A program made the position numbers and the translations under genes. From a virus, in IMG/VR virus record IMGVR_UViG_3300009537_000002, positions 1 through 23,820 of that record: a stretch of 23,820 nucleotides of DNA; one strand, written 5' to 3'. Positions 16,893 to 23,820 of this stretch are shown piece by piece. The first letter of the stretch is position 1; each line of letters begins with the position of its first letter. The notes under the pieces were generated by a model. The model ran no database searches. It worked only from the letters and a program-made list of their open reading frames with translations, and had not been told where the DNA came from.

Positions 16893-18010
16893 TTTGATAA
16901 CTCCTTCTGAATCTCTTCAAGCCTACTCTTCATCCTGTTACCAAGGACATCATAGTTGAGCTTCTCGATGACCTCGTTCTTACCCGCTGCGCCGGTTGCT
17001 GCCGCATAGTCACGATTCTCAAACATCCTGCGCATCTTACGACGTGCATCCAAAACGTCAGGCTGTGCCCACTTCATGTCTCCTGTGTAGAGAGGCCATG
17101 GCATCCCATACGTTGGTGTCATCATATAGTCAATATTGTCCTGGGTTCCCATGAAGTCTTCTTGACCGCCATATGCTGTCGCCAACACAGGATTGCCCGC
17201 TAGCATTGCCTCTACAAAAGGAATGCCGAAGCCTTCGCAACGATGCAATGCAACATAGCAGTCACCTTCGTTGTGTAGAGCTCGAATCTGAGCTCGAGAC
17301 AACAAGGAGGAGATGAGGAGAATCTTGGGGTAGGACTTCAGGTAGAGCTTACTCTTGATCGCCTTGATGCTGTTCCTAATATTGTTTGCTTCCTGCGGGT
17401 TACTGGGGTTGACCAAGTAGGTCTTCAATACCAAGGCTACAGGATCAGAGCGTTTGAACTCTGTCAGATAAGCCTTGAGCAGGTCGAGCGGGTTCTTTCG
17501 CTCCGTCCACTGGAAGATAGAATAGAAGACAAAGTCTTCATGGCTAACATTAGCCACCACGGTCTCGCTGCTTTCTTCTTCAGGCAGGTCGGTCTCAAAT
17601 GGATGAGGCATAACCTGTACAGGCACGGTAATTCCTGACTCTTCAAATGCGACTTTGTTGTGCTCTGATGGCACCCATACTTCTTGGAGCTGATTGATCA
17701 TCGGCACCCAGTCTGTTGGTAGTCTATCTGTTTCCCATGCACAGTATCCAATGTTGTACTTATCTTCTTTGACGAGGTTCTTGTAGTTCTGCGGAGTCAG
17801 GTGAAGAACCTGGATGTCACCTTCGGGGTTACGGCCGATGAGACTTTGCACAAGCGTCCCAATTCTACCCAGGTCAGAACGATATCCTTCAAATGACACT
17901 GCTTTTACATTGACGGTGACACCAACGTGGTCGAGTGCTGCAATATGATTACGAGCCGCTTCTGCATATCCACTTGAATCTAGACATGCACTCACATAAG
18001 TAATGTTCAT
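16889..18010 (-). CDS. GT4-family glycosyltransferase
   Basis: Start MNITYV at 18010 (GAGG RBS); SGYAEAARN, AWETD, VWVPSEHN, ERKN and HRCEGFGIPFVEAMLAGNPV (EX7E). Confidence 0.92.
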   Translation of the reverse strand: MNITYVSACLDSSGYAEAARNHIAALDHVGVTVNVKAVSFEGYRSDLGRIGTLVQSLIGRNPEGDIQVLHLTPQNYKNLVKEDKYNIGYCAWETDRLPTDWVPMINQLQEVWVPSEHNKVAFEESGITVPVQVMPHPFETDLPEEESSETVVANVSHEDFVFYSIFQWTERKNPLDLLKAYLTEFKRSDPVALVLKTYLVNPSNPQEANNIRNSIKAIKSKLYLKSYPKILLISSLLSRAQIRALHNEGDCYVALHRCEGFGIPFVEAMLAGNPVLATAYGGQEDFMGTQDNIDYMMTPTYGMPWPLYTGDMKWAQPDVLDARRKMRRMFENRDYAAATGAAGKNEVIEKLNYDVLGNRMKSRLEEIQKELSK

Positions 18011-18011
18011 C

Positions 18012-19268
18012 TTAAACCTCTTCCGAAATGACAAGCGGCGTGTCGTCGTTGAAGTTGTCTACTTCGTCAAATAGATCAACCCACTGCTTGGTTACTATTT
18101 GCCAATCATGTTCAACGGCCCAGTTTCGAGCTTGTTGTACAACAGGGTTCTTCTTCTTGGGGCCAGCGTTGTATACCTTGAGGAGCTGTTCCACAATATC
18201 CGGTATGAGACCCTTAGGACGAAAGCCCGAGGAGTCGATCCAAAGCTTGTCCTTACAGTCATACATGTAGCCACGTTCTGATTCAGAACCGAGCTGCTGA
18301 GGCATGCACGTGTTGTTAGGCGCCACTACTGGGACACCCGCTGCCATTGCCTCTGTCACAGTCAGGCCCCATCCCTCACCCAAGTGGGTGGTGAGAAACA
18401 CATCACCACAATTGTAGAACTGATTGAGAATGTAGGTTGGAGCTGGTTGAGACGGAGAGTATCTTCCTGGAAAAACTACATCAGTCGCTGGGTTGAGACC
18501 AAGATCCGCTAATACCTTCCGAAGGTCAGAGCCCTGGTCTACGATTGATGTGTGACAGTACATGATTGAGTTAGGAACGATTTTCCTGAACTCCTTGAAC
18601 GCCAAGATAGAGTAGGGGAATTGTTTCCTGGTAGAGTTCCGGTTGATAGCCACAACTACGAAGGTATCTGGATCAACATTTAGATACTGCTTTTTCCACG
18701 CGGCAATAGATTCATCGCCCATTGGCTGGAAGGCAGTGGAGTCCACACCATGTGGAATTTCTCGGACCTTCGTTCTGAGGTGTGGCTTAGCTTTGATTGT
18801 TTCGATCTTGCCATGGGCCGTGTAGCACACAGCCATATCTACTGAGTCTAACATGTCAGATGCATCGCCAGGAACATGGCAATCGACAGGGTAGTAGTAG
18901 ACAAACTTTGGAGGCTTGATGTTCTTCATCACACACTGTTCACGCAGTTGGGTAATGAACGATGCAACCCGGTGTGTTATGAACAGATCGTTCAAAATCC
19001 AGACCATATCGTACTGGTTCTTTTGAAGAGCCTGGGCGAACATCTTTACGCCATGAGGATCGTTCACTGGGTCGGCAATCTTGGCCGGTCTCATTTGCCA
19101 AGGAACTTCTTCCTTGTCTACGAAATCGCCATGGAAGTTGATAGCCAACTGGTGGATATCATACTTGCCAGTTGCATGGAGAGCTCCAATCACATGCTTG
19201 GACACCACACCGAAGCCAGTGCCTGCGGTAGGTGAATCGCTCCAGCACAGAACCTTCTTCTTCTCCAT
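18012..19268 (-). CDS. GT4-family glycosyltransferase
   Basis: DSPTAGTGFG, YYPVD, IPHGVD, NRNSTRK and THLGEGWGLTVTEAMAAGVPVV (EX7E). Confidence 0.92.
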   Translation of the reverse strand: MEKKKVLCWSDSPTAGTGFGVVSKHVIGALHATGKYDIHQLAINFHGDFVDKEEVPWQMRPAKIADPVNDPHGVKMFAQALQKNQYDMVWILNDLFITHRVASFITQLREQCVMKNIKPPKFVYYYPVDCHVPGDASDMLDSVDMAVCYTAHGKIETIKAKPHLRTKVREIPHGVDSTAFQPMGDESIAAWKKQYLNVDPDTFVVVAINRNSTRKQFPYSILAFKEFRKIVPNSIMYCHTSIVDQGSDLRKVLADLGLNPATDVVFPGRYSPSQPAPTYILNQFYNCGDVFLTTHLGEGWGLTVTEAMAAGVPVVAPNNTCMPQQLGSESERGYMYDCKDKLWIDSSGFRPKGLIPDIVEQLLKVYNAGPKKKNPVVQQARNWAVEHDWQIVTKQWVDLFDEVDNFNDDTPLVISEEV

Positions 19269-20353
19269 TAGATGACCTCCGTTTCAATCTGCATGGGTTT
19301 GATACTATCTAGTAGTTCCAAAATATTCACTTTCTCAGTGTTATTCAAATGTTCTACGCACTTTTCTACAATAGACTGTGGGGTAATCCTGTCCCAACAG
19401 GCATATCCGGTCGGACAATGGTCATAGAAGCACGGACAAGCCGGGATATCAGCACCTTCCCAGATGGCCGTAGCGGCCTCGTAGTGATTTATTCGGCTCT
19501 GGGGTGGGGATGGACCAAATAAACCGACTGTGGGGACGCCTAGAGCTCCTGAGAGGTGCAATATTGAGGAGTCAGGACACAAGACAAGGTCACAGTGGAC
19601 CATGACACCGGCAATTCCACGGATATCTAGATCTTTCAGATAGACACTTCCGGGGATGTTGTCCCATAGAACGTCGCTGTTGTCGTCAGAACTGTGAGCG
19701 AGAATGACCGCCCTAACACCAAAATTCTGGTAGAGGCTGATGAGAGCTTGCTTGACCTTGGTGTGGATACCGGATCTGGCCTTTGATGAAGAGAACGGTT
19801 GGACCAACACCATCTTTTCGTTCTGGTTGACTCCTCGAAGGAGAAGTTCACCGCTCTCGATCTCTTCTCTCTGGATGTAGTATTTAGGTACAGGATCCTC
19901 AAGCTTTACTCCTGCGTGCATTGCAAACAGATCGATCCTACTTGGGGGCATTGCTCTTGGCTTCTCGTGCTTGATTGCTGGACAATGGAGGTTCACCACT
20001 AGATCAAAGGTGAGATCATCCATCAAGTCTCGTTCTATTATATGAGAGATGTTGTGATTGTACTTGAGTACTTTTACCAGGGCACCATCTAGGTACCTGG
20101 TGTTAGTAGCGAATGTAATCTCTGCGGCCTCGAACATCTGTTTAATTGCTGTGACGGTCGGGGTGGCTGTGAGAACATCGCCGATGCCTTCTCCTCTAAC
20201 TACACAGATGCGTGGCTGCTGTGTGCGCAGCAGTTGGTGTAGTCTAGAGAGTTTGATAGCTGGTCTGTCACGAGCGGCTCCCTTGGGGAGCTTCATGCGC
20301 CCGCCGAACTGAACTACACCATCAGAACTGAGGGTGACTTTTTGTGTTGCCAT
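19268..20353 (-). CDS. GT9-family (heptosyltransferase-like) glycosyltransferase
   Basis: GIGDVLTATP, DLVVNL, DLVLCPDSSILHLSGALGVPTVGLFGPS, and a C-terminal CPCF..CP....CW..ITP Cys motif. Confidence 0.92.
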   Translation of the reverse strand: MATQKVTLSSDGVVQFGGRMKLPKGAARDRPAIKLSRLHQLLRTQQPRICVVRGEGIGDVLTATPTVTAIKQMFEAAEITFATNTRYLDGALVKVLKYNHNISHIIERDLMDDLTFDLVVNLHCPAIKHEKPRAMPPSRIDLFAMHAGVKLEDPVPKYYIQREEIESGELLLRGVNQNEKMVLVQPFSSSKARSGIHTKVKQALISLYQNFGVRAVILAHSSDDNSDVLWDNIPGSVYLKDLDIRGIAGVMVHCDLVLCPDSSILHLSGALGVPTVGLFGPSPPQSRINHYEAATAIWEGADIPACPCFYDHCPTGYACWDRITPQSIVEKCVEHLNNTEKVNILELLDSIKPMQIETEVI

Positions 20354-20356
20354 GCG

Positions 20357-21355
20357 TTACATGCTTGCCGCTAGGAGGCATCCTCTTGCGACCGCTCTGA
20401 GCGGGTCTTTTGCTGGTCTAACTCCGGAGACCTCAAGAGGGAAGTCACCTTGTCCCAACCTGTCACGAAAAGCTTCCACAAACCCGGAAGCTCTCGACGT
20501 ACCGCCAGAGACCACAACAGGTATAGCGGCAGTAAACTTAGGAAGATCACCACTCCCTGCAAGCCGTGAGCCAAGGCTCCTAACAGTGTAATCAATGAGA
20601 CGAAGGTAGTAAGAGGATACTGCGTTAAGAATCGGATTGTCCGACTCAGTACCCACTGTAAAGTTTCCATTTTCTTTCTCCACTTGGACTATTGTGTCCT
20701 TTTGAGCAGTTGATTGCGCAGCCATGCGATCGATCCAGTCTCCGCTCTTTGTAGTAGAGAAACGAAGTACAGGCTCGCCTGACGACATAACGCAGACATT
20801 AACCATTCCAGCCCCAAACGACAAACAGATGCCAGTATAGTCATCATCTTCTAACTCCGAGTAGCAGATTGCTTCTGCCTCGTTAAGCGACTGGGCGTTC
20901 CAGCCGAGCTCACCCAGGTCCTTCTTGAGGACATCTTCGTGGTAACCAGTATTGAACTCCTCATCACCCTGGTCCATGGGCTCTGCTGGAACAGAATAGA
21001 CTAGGGTTTCACCGGGAGTTGCTGGTAGGCCAACAAGTTGGGTGAAGATAAACTTGAGCACCCTGCGTGCTTCAGGCTCGAGGGGATTCATGACCCCACG
21101 CCTGAGAGGACGGAGTGCTGTTGCATTTCTTTCGATTGCTTTGTCGATGGCATCTTGTCCTACGACTACGTAGGAGCCATCCTCGTCTTTGAAGTAGGCC
21201 AGGTTAGCCAAGCCTTTCTCCATCATCTTGCCAGCGATAGGTGTAGCTGGCTTCATGCGATAGAACGCATCACGGAACTCTGTATAGCTCAGACCTTCTT
21301 CAGACTCAGTAGCTTTGATGATGAATGAGGTTCCTACATCTAATCCAATACCCAT
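20357..21355 (-). CDS. Actin-superfamily ATPase, volactin-like
   Basis: Phosphate-1 GLDVGTS; VVGQDA; RPLRRG; SVPAEP; connect-1 NEAEAICYSEL; phosphate-2 LSFGAGMVN; GDWID; adenosine VVSGGTS; connect-2 PLRAVARG. Confidence 0.9.
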   Translation of the reverse strand: MGIGLDVGTSFIIKATESEEGLSYTEFRDAFYRMKPATPIAGKMMEKGLANLAYFKDEDGSYVVVGQDAIDKAIERNATALRPLRRGVMNPLEPEARRVLKFIFTQLVGLPATPGETLVYSVPAEPMDQGDEEFNTGYHEDVLKKDLGELGWNAQSLNEAEAICYSELEDDDYTGICLSFGAGMVNVCVMSSGEPVLRFSTTKSGDWIDRMAAQSTAQKDTIVQVEKENGNFTVGTESDNPILNAVSSYYLRLIDYTVRSLGSRLAGSGDLPKFTAAIPVVVSGGTSRASGFVEAFRDRLGQGDFPLEVSGVRPAKDPLRAVARGCLLAASM

Positions 21356-21775
21356 TTACTTCTCCTTCTTCTTGCGGAGGGCTGCCAACTTAGATTTGCT
21401 TTTCCCAAGACCTTTGTCAACAACCTTTTGTTCTTTGGTAGCACCATCGAGATTCGTGGCCTCTACGTTCATTTTGAGGTTGGTTGGGATGACTGATTCG
21501 TCGATTTCGACCGGAGCCATACCAGCCCCACCAATACTAGTATTCCTACCGACACGACCAATCGTAATCGTTCTGAGATCATCTCTAAACTCCTGCATGA
21601 CTGTTCTAAATTCTTTGCCCATCTCTTTGGCTATCTTGCGGGCGAGCTCATCTGTGTTGACGGAAGACCGATCCCCCCCACCAAAAGTAGCAAACTCACT
21701 GGGTTTTCTAGTCTTTCGCATAGCTACCCCTGCAATGAAAAGAAGCAAACAGCCCACGGCTGCTAACTCCCACAT
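21356..21775 (-). CDS. Membrane-anchored small protein, candidate actin partner
   Basis: N-terminal TM (LAAVGCLLLFIAGVAM), a helix, a Gly-rich linker, VEIDESVI, and a basic terminal helix SKSKLAALRKKKEK. Its stop abuts the actin ATG (TAAATG). Confidence 0.75.
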   Translation of the reverse strand: MWELAAVGCLLLFIAGVAMRKTRKPSEFATFGGGDRSSVNTDELARKIAKEMGKEFRTVMQEFRDDLRTITIGRVGRNTSIGGAGMAPVEIDESVIPTNLKMNVEATNLDGATKEQKVVDKGLGKSKSKLAALRKKKEK

Positions 21776-22173
21776 TACATCACGATTACTTCGAAGACGC
21801 CTGAGACTGTGACAAGCTCCATGTCTGAAACAGGCATGTCATTGTCTAGCTCGTAGGTCTCTCCAGCAGCCAAAGGTATGAGAGCTCCTGTATCATCCTT
21901 GTATCGGATGCCAGAAGTGAGATTCACTACTCCCAGATTGAACTGATTGAAGTCGTCTTCAAGTAGCTCACGCTGCGGAAACATATTTTGATAGACATTG
22001 AACCTGAAGCTCATGTCAGAAACGCCACACTCAATGTTGATCTTTGTTGCGGGCTTACCAAGAGAGTCCTGGAACATAAGGACGTCACCAGTCCCACCGT
22101 CAGCATCTGTAAAGCGCTGACTGCGCTCGTTGGCAGGTACGCCTGGGTTAACCTTTTTGACAATGTCGGCCAT
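21775..22173 (-). CDS. Hypothetical acidic, beta-rich protein (possibly virion-associated), 132 aa
   Basis: Strong GGAGG RBS at 22184-22180; TAATG overlap with the downstream gene. Confidence 0.75.
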   Translation of the reverse strand: MADIVKKVNPGVPANERSQRFTDADGGTGDVLMFQDSLGKPATKINIECGVSDMSFRFNVYQNMFPQRELLEDDFNQFNLGVVNLTSGIRYKDDTGALIPLAAGETYELDNDMPVSDMELVTVSGVFEVIVM

Positions 22174-22185
22174 TGACTTCCTCCA

Positions 22186-23820
22186 TTAGATTGTAGCCCA
22201 GCTATCACCACCGAATGCACAAAACGTAGCCGTTTCAAATGCACCACTCACAGTGAGAGAGGGCTGTCCGTCGATTGTTTGAACACCTGATGCCAGCACA
22301 TTCAAAGGAGCTAGCCCAGATGTCACATTTTTGACCACAATACACTGACCATCAATGCCAGCTGCAGTTGGTAGTGTAACATTAATGCCGGAAACAATCA
22401 TATCCGCCAGCACCAAATCTCCAGCTACGGCCACATAGGCACCACTGATTACGCTTGTTGGGTTATATCTAGGCTGTACACCAGCCACGGGCACCCAGTC
22501 AGCACCGTCATACTCAAGGGCATCACCGGCAACCAATCCACCCAAAGCTGTGTCGCCAAGATCTCCCATTTCGAGTTCGTCATTCACCCATTGACTACCA
22601 ACTCGAACCAGAGTCTCACGATCAGATGGACCAGAGACTGCCACATCAGATAGGTCTCCAACAGAAGACTCAACCGACACCAGCTCACGCCAATCATTGC
22701 CATCAGACATACGAGGCGTATCCTCAGCAATAGCGTAGGCAAACATACCTCGATAAGAGGCAGCAGCAGGCAGAGCGGCTACATTGGTAAAGTCCGAACG
22801 GAACCTGCTTCCACTACCATTGGCATGGATGACACCATCAAAGTAACCATCTCTCCATCTAAGCGGTGTACCGTCATCACCAATGTCTCGAGTGTTGTTA
22901 ACATCAGGCGTAATATTAGAAGCGACACCAGTAAATACTGGAGCAGCAGGAGTTGAGGCAATCCAGATAGAACCGTTGTAGGTCAATACCTGATTGATAC
23001 TTGGCGAGGTTGTTACATCAGTGAGATCGTTCAGTGCCTGATTCAGACCTGAAGCTCCGGTCGGGAACGACACACCGGTACCAGCAATCATGTTCAACAG
23101 AACATCTCCACTACCAGTCTCAGTGATCCTTAGAGCCCCAGTAGTGACGTCTACTGTCAACGTGTACTCAACGTCAGATGGAGCCTCTGAATCTGCTGAG
23201 TTAGCAATCATCGTCAAAGACGCTGGACCAAGATAGATGTCACGAATACGATTGGTTGGGCTACCAATATCGAATGTATCGTCAATCGATGGTAGGTAAG
23301 GCTGAGCTACGGCACTTAAGTCTAGCGTTGAAGAGACAAGCGACAGAGCATTGACCTGGGTCATGACCTCCAGCAATGCTTCTTCTACATTAGCCGAAGC
23401 ATAGAGACCTGGGGCATCGGCAAATGAGATTTGGGTTGCAGTTAGCGTGGTGTTACTGATCTGATTCTCAAGATCATCACGAATGGTGTTGACCGTGGAA
23501 TAGACCGCATCGAATTGCTCGAGCACTGAATTGGGACGTGTAGTAGCGGTATTGAAATACAGAGAGTTGACCGAAGCAGTAGCATTCTGGTCTACATAGA
23601 GGTTTGCTCCATCCAGGCCGTTGGCAAAAGCATCAACGCCTGCGCTAGGGACACCATTGGGAAGCGACTCTGTTAGGGGGACAAGCCTATTGTTCCACTG
23701 GCTGTTAAGATTGGCCAGATCAATGGCAAGTTCCTCGTTGGTGTCGTTAATTTGGTCCGAGGATGTTGGGCCCCGCTTCCTGGCATTACGCTTCTGAAAC
23801 TGGAGCTGAATGACTTCTAG
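22186..23820 (-). CDS. Fibre-like virion structural protein, 5' end outside the window (at least 544 aa)
   Basis: The frame stays open upstream of the track start at 23526 to the window edge (LEVIQLQFQKRNARKRGPTSSDQIND...). Contains fibre-type repeats (DL.D....L.Y.G..W x3; P..D/N.T.DIG...R.RD.Y x2) and a C-terminal VTLP...G....VK...TIDG...W domain. T/S/A/G/D-rich. Confidence 0.75.
   Translation of the reverse strand, partial: LEVIQLQFQKRNARKRGPTSSDQINDTNEELAIDLANLNSQWNNRLVPLTESLPNGVPSAGVDAFANGLDGANLYVDQNATASVNSLYFNTATTRPNSVLEQFDAVYSTVNTIRDDLENQISNTTLTATQISFADAPGLYASANVEEALLEVMTQVNALSLVSSTLDLSAVAQPYLPSIDDTFDIGSPTNRIRDIYLGPASLTMIANSADSEAPSDVEYTLTVDVTTGALRITETGSGDVLLNMIAGTGVSFPTGASGLNQALNDLTDVTTSPSINQVLTYNGSIWIASTPAAPVFTGVASNITPDVNNTRDIGDDGTPLRWRDGYFDGVIHANGSGSRFRSDFTNVAALPAAASYRGMFAYAIAEDTPRMSDGNDWRELVSVESSVGDLSDVAVSGPSDRETLVRVGSQWVNDELEMGDLGDTALGGLVAGDALEYDGADWVPVAGVQPRYNPTSVISGAYVAVAGDLVLADMIVSGINVTLPTAAGIDGQCIVVKNVTSGLAPLNVLASGVQTIDGQPSLTVSGAFETATFCAFGGDSWATI

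Larger units (their letters stand above)
1..23820 (-). mobile_element. Segment of a large tailed dsDNA phage genome (free or integrated state unknown)
   Basis: All credible genes lie on one strand with 1-8 nt overlaps or very short gaps. Content includes a fused primase-helicase, Cas4-like exonuclease, fibre-type repeats and many short hypotheticals. No cellular housekeeping genes, integrase or att sites are seen. Confidence 0.85.

Noticed and set aside
9764-20353. Ordinary bacterial LPS or O-antigen locus
   Set aside because: No wzx, wzy, wzm, wzt, waaL or priming transferase is present, and the cluster is flanked by phage-type fibre and primase-helicase genes. Not fully excluded without wider context.
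20357-21355. Calling the actin mreB, ftsA or parM
   Set aside because: It lacks the D.GGG phosphate-2 motif, the FtsA C-terminal membrane helix, and mreC/mreD, ftsZ or ParR-like neighbours.
144-22176. Numerous plus-strand ORFs of 60-176 aa
   Set aside because: All lie antisense to well-supported minus-strand genes and show no recognisable motifs; treated as shadow ORFs.
1-23820. Stop-codon reassignment as in some large phages
   Set aside because: TAA, TGA and TAG all end full-length genes (for example TAG for gmd and the exonuclease, TGA in ATGA overlaps), and no gene is fragmented under code 11.
1-23820. tRNA, rRNA, introns, inteins or intrinsic terminators
   Set aside because: There is almost no intergenic space, no cloverleaf or hairpin-plus-U tract was recognised, and recognisable proteins are of normal length.

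Overview
A gene-dense 23.8-kb segment coding entirely on the minus strand, most likely from a large tailed dsDNA virus (phage) using standard code 11. Shine-Dalgarno sites and one sigma70-like promoter suggest a bacterial host. In transcription order (right to left) it carries four blocks. (1) A 5'-truncated fibre-like virion protein and a small hypothetical protein. (2) A membrane-anchored small protein abutting an actin-superfamily ATPase that closely resembles haloarchaeal volactin. (3) An 11-gene, translationally coupled glycan cluster: GT9, two GT4, two divergent GT-B, one GT-A, two SAM methyltransferases, a sulfotransferase, a beta-propeller and GDP-mannose 4,6-dehydratase. (4) After the only sizeable intergenic gap, an exported trypsin-like protease, small membrane or secreted proteins, a Cas4/RecB-like exonuclease, a fused DnaG-DnaB primase-helicase, an envelope protein and three more PD-(D/E)XK-fold proteins. 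The best candidate for an undescribed system is the viral volactin-like actin and its membrane partner, placed in one operon between a virion fibre gene and a soluble glycosylation/methylation/sulfation pathway. All family calls come from motif recognition by eye; no searches were run.
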